This document shows, one piece after another, positions 48,679-58,753 of a stretch of DNA of 59,656 bases. How positions within the stretch are numbered: the stretch's first letter is position 1; each line of letters begins with the position of its first letter. Source of the stretch: Candidatus Heimdallarchaeota archaeon (GTDB taxonomy: Archaea > Asgardarchaeota > Heimdallarchaeia > Hodarchaeales > Hodarchaeaceae); contig RDOB01000010.1 of the NCBI GenBank assembly GCA_011364965.1, forward strand, positions 1 through 59,656, given 5' to 3'. The translations under genes were made by a program, and so were the position numbers. The notes beneath the pieces are model-generated. The model did not search any database. It was not told the DNA's origin and saw nothing but the letters and a program-made list of their open reading frames with translations.

Positions 48679-50076
48679 ATGCATAATAAGGAAAAATGGT
48701 TTGGTAGCTCTGGAATTCGGGGTTCTTTTGACATTATTTCACCAGAATTTAGTCTAAAATTAGGATTAGCATTTAGCAAGATGTTTGACAATCCAAAAGC
48801 TGTTTATATTGGTTCTGATATTCGTTCTACTTCTCAAATATTGGTATCAGCCTTCGTGGCTGGATATACTACTAGATCAGGTCCTGTAAACTCCATCGGA
48901 TTATGTCCTACTCCAGTGCTCTCTTATCTCTCTGCAATTCAAGACGTATTAGGCGTAATGATAACTGCTTCTCATAATCCGCCTTCAAACAATGGGTTCA
49001 AATTTTTTCTTAAAGGAGCAGAATGTAGTTCAGATTTTGAAAACAAGGTAGAAATGGAGCTGCAAAAATTTCAGAATGAATCGGTTTATCTTACTGCTAA
49101 TTGGCTGGACTCACAAGAAATAAAATATCAGTCAAATAAATTTCCAATTGAACGTTATATTGACTATTTATTGTCGAAAGTTGCTGTTCATTCCTATAAA
49201 GGAAATGTTATTCTAGATTGTGCAAATAATGTTCCCAACCTTGTATCTCCATATGCTATTCGGAGAATTTGTACATCAGATGATCAAGTTATTCTTTTAA
49301 ATGAAACGCTCGATTTTAACTTCCCCGGAAGGCCTAGCGAGCCTACTTCCCAAAATCTTGAAGTATTGAAACGACATGTGAAGGAGATGGACAGTGAAAA
49401 TGTAATTGGTATAGCTCATGATGGCGATGGCGATCGCTTTGCTATTATTGATGAGCATGGGGATTTTATTGATTCAACAGCAGTTATAAATTTCTTTATT
49501 GATCATTTAAATTATACAAATCCTAATAAAAGGAAAATAATCTTAACTAGTGACTGTTCCAAACAAGCTTTTGATATTGCAAGGGAAAAAGGTGCAAAAG
49601 TTATCACAAGTGAAATAGGGAGAAATCGCGATTTCGTACATGATGATAATGTTCTATTTCTAGCGGAACCAAATAAACTCCTTTTCCCCGAACTTGGTAA
49701 ATGGATTGATGGTTTCTATCCAGTACTGAAACTAATTGAATATTGCCGGAATGAACCGATTTCAAAGGTTATGAAGAAATATAAGATGAGAAAAATAATG
49801 CGAAAAGCATTTAAATTCCCTATTGAAGAAAAAGCACGAATTGAAGGGCAAATTCAGAGTCTAACTGAACATTGGAGTAAAAAAATATCCAAAGTGGTCT
49901 TTTTTGATGGATTGAAGCTCTATTTCAAAGATAATTCAAACCTCCTCATTCGATTTTCAGGTACAGAGCCCAAAATTAAAGTTTACTTTGAATCAGATTC
50001 TGAGAATTCAAATGAAATATTACTCCAAAAGATTCAAAAAGAACTACATTTGACATCTAAAGGAATTGATTGTTAA
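48679..50076 (+). CDS. Alpha-D-phosphohexomutase family (PMM/GlmM/phosphopentomutase-like)
   Basis: FGSSGIRG, TASHNPP, DGDGDR, RFSGTEP. Confidence 0.9.
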   Translation: MHNKEKWFGSSGIRGSFDIISPEFSLKLGLAFSKMFDNPKAVYIGSDIRSTSQILVSAFVAGYTTRSGPVNSIGLCPTPVLSYLSAIQDVLGVMITASHNPPSNNGFKFFLKGAECSSDFENKVEMELQKFQNESVYLTANWLDSQEIKYQSNKFPIERYIDYLLSKVAVHSYKGNVILDCANNVPNLVSPYAIRRICTSDDQVILLNETLDFNFPGRPSEPTSQNLEVLKRHVKEMDSENVIGIAHDGDGDRFAIIDEHGDFIDSTAVINFFIDHLNYTNPNKRKIILTSDCSKQAFDIAREKGAKVITSEIGRNRDFVHDDNVLFLAEPNKLLFPELGKWIDGFYPVLKLIEYCRNEPISKVMKKYKMRKIMRKAFKFPIEEKARIEGQIQSLTEHWSKKISKVVFFDGLKLYFKDNSNLLIRFSGTEPKIKVYFESDSENSNEILLQKIQKELHLTSKGIDC

Positions 50077-50162
50077 TTTTGGTTTCAAAATTTTCTGAGA
50101 TTCTTAAGTACGCTGAAATCAGTTTATGTACTTAATGAAGAGATAAATAAACCCTTTTCAAC

Positions 50163-50897
50163 TTAGAAATTCTCAATCGTATGTATAGCACATTTGATCA
50201 TGCTATCGGTCCCATTGTCAAACAAAATTTTATTTTCTTTGACTCGATCTCCGATGTTTTGAGACCCATCAGCTAAATTTCCGTCAACAACAAGAATTGT
50301 TCCAACTTTTAGTCTTTTTACTGTTCCAAAAGTGAATAGAAGAGAAGATTCCATCTCTACAGAATTTGCGCCCGCATTTGCCCAGATTTTGTAGTAATTA
50401 GGATCTGGATTATAAAATACATCTGAAGTCCAGACAATTCCAGGGTAGTATGTGAATCCTTGAGAATCAGCTGATTTACATAATGCTAAGAATATTTCGG
50501 GGCTAGCTGCTGCAGGAAATTCAATTGGAGCTAAACTTAAAGAAGTCCTTTCATCTCTTATTGCAGCATATGGTATTATAACATCCCCAACTTTTATCCC
50601 AGATTGTAGCGCTCCACAAGACCCAATCCGAATTAAAATTTTTCCACCTGCTTGGTATACTTCTTCAAGTACTATTCCAGTTGAGGGACAACCCATTCCT
50701 GTAGTTATTATGGATACTGGAACTTGCTTATCTGGAGTATAACCGTTATAGGTAATTAATCCTCGGTTTTCAGCAACTTTTTCTGCATCTGTAAGATAAT
50801 TTGCTATTTTTACGACACGATCGGGATTTCCACATAAGAAACATTTCTTATTGACTTCTGATAATCGGATATGTGACTGTATTGGCTTTTCTTCCAT
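50163..50897 (-). CDS. Nucleoside (uridine/purine) phosphorylase
   Basis: GNPDR, TGMGCPS, RIGSCGAL, TSDVFY, VEMES. Confidence 0.92.
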   Translation of the reverse strand: MEEKPIQSHIRLSEVNKKCFLCGNPDRVVKIANYLTDAEKVAENRGLITYNGYTPDKQVPVSIITTGMGCPSTGIVLEEVYQAGGKILIRIGSCGALQSGIKVGDVIIPYAAIRDERTSLSLAPIEFPAAASPEIFLALCKSADSQGFTYYPGIVWTSDVFYNPDPNYYKIWANAGANSVEMESSLLFTFGTVKRLKVGTILVVDGNLADGSQNIGDRVKENKILFDNGTDSMIKCAIHTIENF

Positions 50898-51092
50898 TTT
50901 TTACACCTATTCAAAGGAATTGGAGGAGGATAATCAGTGAAAAATTTAATTTTTTATTGAATGAATAGACCCTCAGTGTTTCAGTTAATAAATTTGTGTT
51001 GATCAAGATATAGTATCTACCATTCAATCGTTAATTCTTTTTAAAAACGCAGAATTGATAAAGGAGGGAGAAAAAATAATAGAGGAGTGAAG

Positions 51093-53573
51093 TTAGCTTT
51101 TTCTTAATCGTGAATTTATCTCAAGCCGTTCAAGAGCCATTTTGATGGTATCCTTGACTTGAGTATTTTTCTCCATGTACTCCTCAAAGAATTTCTTCAC
51201 TTCTACTTCCCGTTCAAGTCCTGAGAGATAAATTACACTTGTGATAATTCTTTCATACAGTGTGAAATGCATTTTTTCTAGTTTTTCTCGATTTTCAAAG
51301 AACCATGGCCATAGGTCTTCAACAATTGCTAGATTACGAGAAGCATATATAATTGGAATAAATTTATTCTTTTCAGGAACGTGCTCAATGACATAGGAAA
51401 GCATTTTCTTCAATAATTCTTTGTCATTAAAACTTCCAAGTGCTCCTAAAATGTTGATTCTATCCTGCTCTTCGGTTTTGGGGGATTCAAACCGATTAAT
51501 AAACCAATTATATGAAGAATTGTCAAGGGAAGCTCCAAGTCTCATTACAATAGAAAGAATATCGGGATGGACTTCTTTTTCCTCTTTAAGGGACTGAAAC
51601 ATCTTCAATCCAAACGTATCTAGATTTTCATCACTAAATTTGTGTAGGGGCCACATTAATGCTGATCTCAGTAAAGAAGTAGTATGAATTTCATTTTCCT
51701 TTGGTTCATACCCAATTTCCTGGAGCTGTCCTGATAAAAGTTCAAAACCCTTTACACTTATTACTTCACGTTTCGATTCGATAATGTCATAAGCATGAGA
51801 GAGAGCCCCAGCTATCTCAACTAGAGGTAAATATTCAGTTTCAGATTTGAAGTAATCAAGGAAATAGATATAGGCTCCAATTGGACAATCTCCTCTACGA
51901 ACAAAAGCATAAAAGTCAGTCAAAAGACCATACCTATCCTTTGCGGAAAGAATTTTCTTCTGAGCAAGTTCACCTAGACATTTGAGATTTTCATCATCAT
52001 ATTTTACACGGTAAAACCCAGTTTGATCTATATTCAGTTTAAAGCAGACAGTATTAGAAGGTACCGATATTTTAATTGTTTTATCTTTAAATAGAATTTT
52101 TTCTTGAGTCACCTGATTTTCAATATCGAAAAAACTAATCGTTACGGGGATAAGCCAAGTTTGGTCACTTTGAAAGGGATTATAGGTAAAACGTTGTTGA
52201 GTTAATATTAACTCATCCCCATTCCGCGTAGCTTCAATGAATGGATAACCCGCCTGATGCACCCAGCTAGTCATTAAGGCTTTGAATGGTTCATTCGTTG
52301 CTTCTTCAAAAGCTTCCCAGCAATTATCTGAAGTGGCACATGCGAAAGCATATTTATTCAAAAAGTGATTAATACCTTTCTTAAAGGCATCTTCACCTAA
52401 ATATCCACGTACCATCTGAAGGATTGCAGCTCCTTTGTTATATATAATTGGAGCTGTAGCAGCAGTGATTTTGATGGCTTCACCTTCTCCAGTCAGCTCA
52501 ATCGGAAAAGTTTCAATTAGTGAATCACGTTCAAACGCACCCACGACTTCTCCACCCAAGAATTGATCCCAGATATTCCATTCAGGATGATAATGATCTG
52601 CAATCGCATACCCAAATAATGTAGCAAAACTTTCATTAAGCCAAATGTATTTCCAATCAAGGGGACTAACTAAATTGCCAAACCACATATGAGCAATTTC
52701 GTGAGAGATGATTTCAGCAATTCCTTCAATTCCAGCTGATGAAGTGATCCCTGGATAAACCAATAATAGATTCTCTCGATAGGTAACCGCTCCATAGTTC
52801 TCCATAGCTCCAAATGCAAAATCGCTCACAGCAATTTGATCCATTTTGCCTATTGGATATTTAATTCCAGTGTAAGTCTCGCCAAATATCACAGCTTTTT
52901 TACTGAAGTCCAAACCAAACTGTCCATATTGTGTTTTCCCGGGAGTAGTAGCTAAACGGTAAACACGGTTATCATGTTTATCCTCAATATATTCCCATTC
53001 GCCAATGCCAAAGAATAGAAGATAGGTTGACATTTTGGGTGTGGTTTCGAAAATAACTAATTTTTTATCACCTTCTAATTCCTTTTCTTCCTTTAGCAAA
53101 GTATTTGCAATCGCAGTTAGGTCTTTGTCTATAACAAATTCAATATCAAAAGTAGCTTTCTTGGAAGGATGATCAAAACAGGGGAAAGCTTGTCTTGCAT
53201 AGGTCTCTTCGAATTGCGTTACAGCAACATATCTCGTTTGATTTTCAATTTGATATTTACTGCGATAGAAGCCAACTAGACCACTATTGATCTCTCCAAT
53301 ATACTCAATCTTAAGCTTAATCTGCCCTTTTCTTTCATCTGGTAAAGTTATAGTGATCTCCTGCTCTTTGGGACATACAGAAAATGATACTTCGGTATAT
53401 TTACTTGAATCTTCAATCGAACAACTCCAGATTGCAAGTTTATGAGCATTTAATTTGATTTCAGAGATAGGACTCTCGCTTTCAATCTGAATTTCAGCTC
53501 TTCCATCAAACTTAAATGATGTTAAATTTGGTTCTAGGTGAATTGTATAATGTATTGCATTAATTAGGGTCAT
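51093..53573 (-). CDS. M1 aminopeptidase (tricorn factor/PSA-like)
   Basis: TQFE, ARQAFPCFD, GAMEN, HEIAH-x18-E, YNKG. Confidence 0.95.
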   Translation of the reverse strand: MTLINAIHYTIHLEPNLTSFKFDGRAEIQIESESPISEIKLNAHKLAIWSCSIEDSSKYTEVSFSVCPKEQEITITLPDERKGQIKLKIEYIGEINSGLVGFYRSKYQIENQTRYVAVTQFEETYARQAFPCFDHPSKKATFDIEFVIDKDLTAIANTLLKEEKELEGDKKLVIFETTPKMSTYLLFFGIGEWEYIEDKHDNRVYRLATTPGKTQYGQFGLDFSKKAVIFGETYTGIKYPIGKMDQIAVSDFAFGAMENYGAVTYRENLLLVYPGITSSAGIEGIAEIISHEIAHMWFGNLVSPLDWKYIWLNESFATLFGYAIADHYHPEWNIWDQFLGGEVVGAFERDSLIETFPIELTGEGEAIKITAATAPIIYNKGAAILQMVRGYLGEDAFKKGINHFLNKYAFACATSDNCWEAFEEATNEPFKALMTSWVHQAGYPFIEATRNGDELILTQQRFTYNPFQSDQTWLIPVTISFFDIENQVTQEKILFKDKTIKISVPSNTVCFKLNIDQTGFYRVKYDDENLKCLGELAQKKILSAKDRYGLLTDFYAFVRRGDCPIGAYIYFLDYFKSETEYLPLVEIAGALSHAYDIIESKREVISVKGFELLSGQLQEIGYEPKENEIHTTSLLRSALMWPLHKFSDENLDTFGLKMFQSLKEEKEVHPDILSIVMRLGASLDNSSYNWFINRFESPKTEEQDRINILGALGSFNDKELLKKMLSYVIEHVPEKNKFIPIIYASRNLAIVEDLWPWFFENREKLEKMHFTLYERIITSVIYLSGLEREVEVKKFFEEYMEKNTQVKDTIKMALERLEINSRLRKS

Positions 53574-53709
53574 ATTTACTCACTAGACGAATAGGTAATT
53601 TTGATGTGGGTATTTAAGATAATAAAAAATAAAAATTTAAGAGCATTTTTAAATTGAACTTTGGTGGTATAAGAAAAACCAAAATTTCAAGGATTTTACA
53701 CGCCATGCC

Positions 53710-54723
53710 TCATGATTTTCTTTTTGTCTTAATCAAATTCTGTCCTCTCATCCATTCCACAGTCTTTTCAACTCCAATTTCAAAGTTTTCTTTTGGCTTA
53801 AATCCCAAAACTGCTTTTGCTTTAGTATTTAGATAATTTCTATTTGTAGTTATTTTTTTTATCGCGTTTGGAACATATGGATATCCAAAACCTCGAAATA
53901 CATAAAAACGCCAAAATATTGGCCAAATTAATTGGAGAAGAAATATAGGTATAAATGAGATGAAAATCGGATTTCTTCTTCCTAGCTTTTTAGTAATTGT
54001 CAGAAAGATTTCTCGATATGTTTGAGGTTCGTCAGAAGCAAGAATAAATATCTCCCCGATAGATTGGTCTGGATTAGTTAATACCTTAAAAAATCCATCA
54101 ACAATGTCGTCTATATAAGTAAAATGAACGTCAGTTTTTGATGAAATTGGTATAATTTTATTTAAAATTGTACGATCTAAAGATTCAATAATCTCCCTGA
54201 ATACATAATTATCACCAGGTCCATAAACCCCAGTTGGTCGAACAATCGTTACAGGGAAATTTTTCTCCCTTTTCAGTTTAAGTAATGCCTTTTCTGCCTC
54301 CATTTTGCTTCTTCCATACGCTTCATCGGGATTATATTCCGATTCTTCCGTTCCATCTATTACTTGTCCGAGTGCTTCCGAGGAAGAACAATAGATGAAG
54401 TGCTTTACCCCAGATTTCATACATGCCTCTGCGAGAGCGATTGTTGATTCCACATTCTGAATATAGAGCGATTCCCATGAAGCACGAAAATTAAAATTGG
54501 CAGCAAAATGAACCACTGTATCCATTCCTGTTACTGCAGTAACGAAAGTTGATTGGTTCGTTAAATCAAATTCGATTAGCTCAACATTTAGTTCTTCTAG
54601 TTCTTGAGTCATTGAGGTTACACGATATGTGCAATACAGCTTGTAACCAAGATTTTGTTGAATTAAGTGCTTTACAAAAGATTTTCCGATAAAACCTGTA
54701 GCTCCGGTTATTAGAACGTTCAT
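53710..54723 (-). CDS. NAD-dependent epimerase/dehydratase (extended SDR)
   Basis: TGATGFIG, SS, YGRSK, RPTGVYGP. Confidence 0.9.
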   Translation of the reverse strand: MNVLITGATGFIGKSFVKHLIQQNLGYKLYCTYRVTSMTQELEELNVELIEFDLTNQSTFVTAVTGMDTVVHFAANFNFRASWESLYIQNVESTIALAEACMKSGVKHFIYCSSSEALGQVIDGTEESEYNPDEAYGRSKMEAEKALLKLKREKNFPVTIVRPTGVYGPGDNYVFREIIESLDRTILNKIIPISSKTDVHFTYIDDIVDGFFKVLTNPDQSIGEIFILASDEPQTYREIFLTITKKLGRRNPIFISFIPIFLLQLIWPIFWRFYVFRGFGYPYVPNAIKKITTNRNYLNTKAKAVLGFKPKENFEIGVEKTVEWMRGQNLIKTKRKS

Positions 54724-54828
54724 TTTAACCAATGGGAATTTTTTTAGAAGATCTCAAAGGTTTTTTTACAAGCATTACTTTAGTAGCATTCAAGGTTTTT
54801 TGAAGCAATTTCAAACAAATGGATTATT

Positions 54829-55986
54829 ATGAAATCTATTGGCTTAATCATCAATCCCATTGCTGGTATGGGAGGAAAGGTTGGTTTAAAAGGAACCGAT
54901 GGGATTGATATACAAGAAGAGGCTATCAAAAGAGGAGCAGTTCCCATTGCACCAAGTCGTACTAAAAGATTGATTCAGGAACTCGTAAAATTCCCAGAAA
55001 TCAACGAATTAGAGTTTTTAGTTCCAGAAGGGATTATGGGTGAGAACACCCTAAAAACCATTTCAGGCAACTTTAGATGGAAAGTTATTAACCAATTATC
55101 GATTCCAATTAGTACAAGCAGAATAGATACAATTAATGCTGCTAAAGTCTTAAAACGGTACAGAGTTGATTTAATTATCTTCGTAGGAGGAGATGGAACT
55201 GCAAGAGATATCATTGATGCTGTAGGGGATAATTTTCCTGTTCTTGGAATTCCTTCGGGTGTGAAAATGCATTCAGGAGTATTTGTACAAGGAATTGATA
55301 AAGGAGTCCAGCTAATTCGTCAATTTATCAGAGATAGAATTCAGTTTGTCACAACAGAGATAATTGATTTAGATGAAAGTGCTTTTCGTGATAATAGAAT
55401 AAATACGAAAATATATGGTATAGGCCTTGTACCGAGCAACCTAAGATTTATGCAGGTAAGTAAATCAGTTAGTACGCACCAAGATTTGATATCAGAAAAC
55501 ATGGAGGCGATTATGCAATCTTTCAAGAAAACAATTTCTCAAGACAGGTTATATATACTTGGCGCGGGTTCAACGCTGAAAATGCTAGCAAAAGCATTTG
55601 GAGACAATGTTTATGATCAAAAAACACTCCTAGGTATTGATCTTATACTAAATAACATGATTATAGCAAAAGATGTCTCAGAAAATGACATTTTACTCGC
55701 ATTGAAGAAATATAAATATGATTCAGTAAAAATCATTGTTACTCCCATTGGAGGGCAAGGCTTTATTTTTGGGAGAGGTAACCAACAACTTAGCGCTAAA
55801 ATAATTAAAGATATAGGTATAAATAATATTGAAATTGTCGCTACGCAGTCAAAAATTCAAAATCTCCCCAAAAAACGTTTATTTGTTGATACAGGGTCAA
55901 AAAATCTTGATAAAAAGCTCTTTGGTTATATGAAGGTTCTTATAGATTTTGATATGTACATTATGATAAAAATTGAACCAGTTTAA
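54829..55986 (+). CDS. ATP-NAD kinase family protein (COG3199-like)
   Basis: NPIAGMGG.VGLKGTDG, GGDGTARD, GVKMHSG, GQGFIFGRGNQQ. Confidence 0.9.
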   Translation: MKSIGLIINPIAGMGGKVGLKGTDGIDIQEEAIKRGAVPIAPSRTKRLIQELVKFPEINELEFLVPEGIMGENTLKTISGNFRWKVINQLSIPISTSRIDTINAAKVLKRYRVDLIIFVGGDGTARDIIDAVGDNFPVLGIPSGVKMHSGVFVQGIDKGVQLIRQFIRDRIQFVTTEIIDLDESAFRDNRINTKIYGIGLVPSNLRFMQVSKSVSTHQDLISENMEAIMQSFKKTISQDRLYILGAGSTLKMLAKAFGDNVYDQKTLLGIDLILNNMIIAKDVSENDILLALKKYKYDSVKIIVTPIGGQGFIFGRGNQQLSAKIIKDIGINNIEIVATQSKIQNLPKKRLFVDTGSKNLDKKLFGYMKVLIDFDMYIMIKIEPV

Positions 55987-55989
55987 AAT

Positions 55990-56679
55990 CTAAATTTCAA
56001 TCCTTTCTAATACATCCTTTACATCTATGGGTAATGAAAATATTTCCATACTTTGCTGTTCTATATTTTCTGCTTCAGCTAGTTCAGATGCCATTCTATT
56101 GTAAAGTTCCCTAATCAACTCCAGATTCCCATTCGTTTCTGGATACTTGGGATTAATATTGCAGCATCCCCCAGGGAGGATTGAAAGATCATAAAAACCC
56201 CATTTTTTGGATAAATTTGTTACTTCGTCTTTATTATATCCAAGCAAAGGACGTAAAGTCAATATATTCACTTTTGAGTTCACAATGGAAAGATTAGTTA
56301 ATGTTTGGCTTGCCTGTTCTCCTAATATCTCCCCTGTAATAATTACTTTTGCTCCAATTTGATGGGCATATTTCTGGGCTTTCACAAACATCTGAAGCCT
56401 ACAAAAAAGGCAAGTTTGCCTGATATCTCTACCTTTTAAATTATTTAGAATTTTTTCTTGGCTTTTTCCGTGTTTAATGATTGCTAAGGTGACGGAATAG
56501 TCCGAATTGTTTCTAGAAAAAGTATTCGTGATTTTTACAACTTTTTCAAGAGTACCCAATGAATGGAAGGGAAAATTATGATAATGAAGAAAATATGGAA
56601 TAAAGCCGTTAAAAACTGCAATCTGAGCTGCTACGGGACTATCAATTCCACCAGAGATCAAACAAACTGCTTTCTCCAT
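55990..56679 (-). CDS. ThiI-like PP-loop sulfurtransferase, catalytic domain only (no THUMP)
   Basis: SGGIDSPVA, CLFCR, TGE.LG..ASQT, RPL, GGCC. Confidence 0.82.
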   Translation of the reverse strand: MEKAVCLISGGIDSPVAAQIAVFNGFIPYFLHYHNFPFHSLGTLEKVVKITNTFSRNNSDYSVTLAIIKHGKSQEKILNNLKGRDIRQTCLFCRLQMFVKAQKYAHQIGAKVIITGEILGEQASQTLTNLSIVNSKVNILTLRPLLGYNKDEVTNLSKKWGFYDLSILPGGCCNINPKYPETNGNLELIRELYNRMASELAEAENIEQQSMEIFSLPIDVKDVLERIEI

Positions 56680-56808
56680 ATTTAACACTAATTTAGAGAT
56701 TATGAATTAAAATTTACTAGTTTTCTATTCAAAAAATGAAAAAGTGAAAATAAAAATGAATTAGTACTCTTTAGCTCAGTTAACAGATTTAATCTAAAGG
56801 GAATAATA

Positions 56809-57108
56809 TTGACTCATTTTAAATGGGATATTAATCAGTGTGCAGATAATCCTCAACGGTGGTACATAATACTCGAAAAAGCACGACTCCCAAGAATTAA
56901 GAACATTGAAGAGACTTTAGTGGCACAAAAGTATCAAATTCTTGCCAAAACCCCTTATCTACGAGTTTTCAGATCCGAAGATTTTCGATTAACATGGCAT
57001 GTTAAGGGTTTTATTCAAGTTGATGTTTATAATACCGAACTTAATGAATCCCAGCAAATCGAACAGCTTATTAAAGGAGTGCTTAATGATTTAGAGGGAA
57101 GGTCTTAA
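56809..57108 (+). CDS. Hypothetical protein resembling the TBP-like C-terminal domain of MoeB/ThiF-type enzymes
   Basis: N-terminal Cys; TPYLRVF...RLTW..KG.IQV pattern. Confidence 0.5.
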   Translation: MTHFKWDINQCADNPQRWYIILEKARLPRIKNIEETLVAQKYQILAKTPYLRVFRSEDFRLTWHVKGFIQVDVYNTELNESQQIEQLIKGVLNDLEGRS

Positions 57109-57157
57109 GAAAAGTAAAAGCAGTTAGAAAATCACAAGGACAAGCCGGTGGAATTCT

Positions 57158-57634
57158 TTGGTAATAAAGCAGTTAGAAATAACAACGAAGACAACCAAAT
57201 ACCATTTTCCTTTAGATCGATATTATTACACCCAAGATCCTGGTCATATATGGTTTAAACCAGTTCAAAACAAGTATTTTGAAGTAGGTTATGATGATTT
57301 TGGCCAACAACAAGGGCCAATCCTTCATATCCGCACACGTGCATCTGGAAAGGAATATCCACAAGGTAAAGCTTTTGGAACCGTAGAAACAAATAAATTT
57401 ATTGGGCCGCAACGCCTTCCATTAACTGCCATATTGATAGAGACCAATAAATCAGTATTAGAAAAACCAGGATTGATAAATGAAAATCCATACTTCCACT
57501 GGGTTGTTAGGATACAACCAACCAAATTTGAAGACGAAATTAACTCTCCTGATATTATAGCGATTGGTGATAAGACAAAACTACGAGAATATATCATTTC
57601 AGAAGTCGAACGCTATGAAGACTCTGTTACATGA
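57158..57634 (+). CDS. gcvH: Glycine cleavage H-like lipoyl carrier
   Basis: HIW, VGYDDF, FGTVETNK (lipoyl Lys), INENPY..W. Confidence 0.85.
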   Translation: MVIKQLEITTKTTKYHFPLDRYYYTQDPGHIWFKPVQNKYFEVGYDDFGQQQGPILHIRTRASGKEYPQGKAFGTVETNKFIGPQRLPLTAILIETNKSVLEKPGLINENPYFHWVVRIQPTKFEDEINSPDIIAIGDKTKLREYIISEVERYEDSVT

Positions 57635-57890
57635 AATATAAATAAAGCTTTAAGTTCAGACTTAGAAATTCTCTTAAAATTCTTAATGCAACACCTACCG
57701 CAATGGAAAGTTATATTTACCTTTCAGAATTTTGTTAATATAACATAATGTAGAAAAAATCCATGTGATGCGATTGCTTTAATTGAGCTTTTTGTCAAAA
57801 ATTTCTCTAGTAAGTTTTTTAAGTAAGCTAAGTGAAATGTTATATCGTAAGGATTTTTGTCGTCTTAAAAATAAAAATAATAATTGGGGA

Positions 57891-58025
57891 ATGAAACCAA
57901 TGGACCTTATAACGATAATACTAACGGTCATCACCTTCGGTATCATTATCTTACTTGGAGGTTTTTTAATCATCGGGATCCTTATACTTGCGTATTTGGC
58001 CCTCACAGGGAGCCGATGGGATTAA
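57891..58025 (+). CDS. Small single-pass membrane protein (~44 aa)
   Basis: MKPMDLITIILTVITFGIIILLGGFLIIGILILAYLALTGSRWD. Confidence 0.5.
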   Translation: MKPMDLITIILTVITFGIIILLGGFLIIGILILAYLALTGSRWD

Positions 58026-58034
58026 TTTCCCATC

Positions 58035-58529
58035 TCATTTTACTTCATTTGTATAGATTGCATGATTATTCTCTGTTTCAGAGATTTTAATGGTCATTTT
58101 CGAAATTTTTTCGGGAAATGCTTGCTTCAATCTATTAACGAGTCTTTTATGCATGTAGATAGCCAGATTTTCAGATGTGGTTTTATCTAGCCCTTCCAAA
58201 ATACTAACATCCTGTTTTGGAAATGAATACTCTTTTTCGCCATATAATACTTTCCAGTTTTTTCCATCAGCAGTTGGAGCAATCTGAATTTGAGCTGAGT
58301 CTTTAGGTAATAGAACTTTTTGATTCAAAGGTGAAATCTCTTCTCTAATAATTTGATTTAATAGCTTAAAATCAATAGAATTTGTAGCTACTGGAGACTG
58401 ATACTCTAAAAGCACCTCAACTTGATAATTATGTCCGTGTAACCTCTCACATTTTCCATAACCTGGGAGAAAATGGCTTGCAGAAAAGCTATTTCTCTTA
58501 TCAGTAAATTGCTGTCTTAAAATAGGCAT
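58035..58529 (-). CDS. queD: 6-pyruvoyl/6-carboxy-tetrahydropterin synthase
   Basis: FSASH, CERLHGHNY, IDF, TSENLA, SET. Confidence 0.9.
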   Translation of the reverse strand: MPILRQQFTDKRNSFSASHFLPGYGKCERLHGHNYQVEVLLEYQSPVATNSIDFKLLNQIIREEISPLNQKVLLPKDSAQIQIAPTADGKNWKVLYGEKEYSFPKQDVSILEGLDKTTSENLAIYMHKRLVNRLKQAFPEKISKMTIKISETENNHAIYTNEVK

Positions 58530-58753
58530 TGAAATCCTCTTCTGGCATTAATTGTATAATACTTAGCATTTATAACACAATTGGAAGTAATAAATCTTGA
58601 ATGTTGTGTTTGATATCGATGGGGATTAGTTACTGCTTTGACATAATACTTCTATTTTACTGTTTTTCTTTATAAACTCCTTAGAAGTTTTTCCCAAATT
58701 AATAAGCAGTATTACGAGGCATTTCAGGAGGGATCATTCTGACTCTTGAAGGA

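Noticed and set aside
57117-57179. 14-bp direct repeat AAAGCAGTTAGAAA (57117 and 57166) as a CRISPR or att site
   Set aside because: Only two short copies, one inside gcvH; no cas or integrase genes.
223-57597. Many short antisense or nested ORFs in the track (e.g. 223-567, 15315-15587, 47460-48017, 57325-57597)
   Set aside because: They are shadows of well-supported genes on the opposite strand or in another frame.
57779-58090. Longer overlapping ORFs around the small membrane protein
   Set aside because: The upstream part is AT-rich, promoter-like sequence; only the hydrophobic 57891-58025 segment looks coding.
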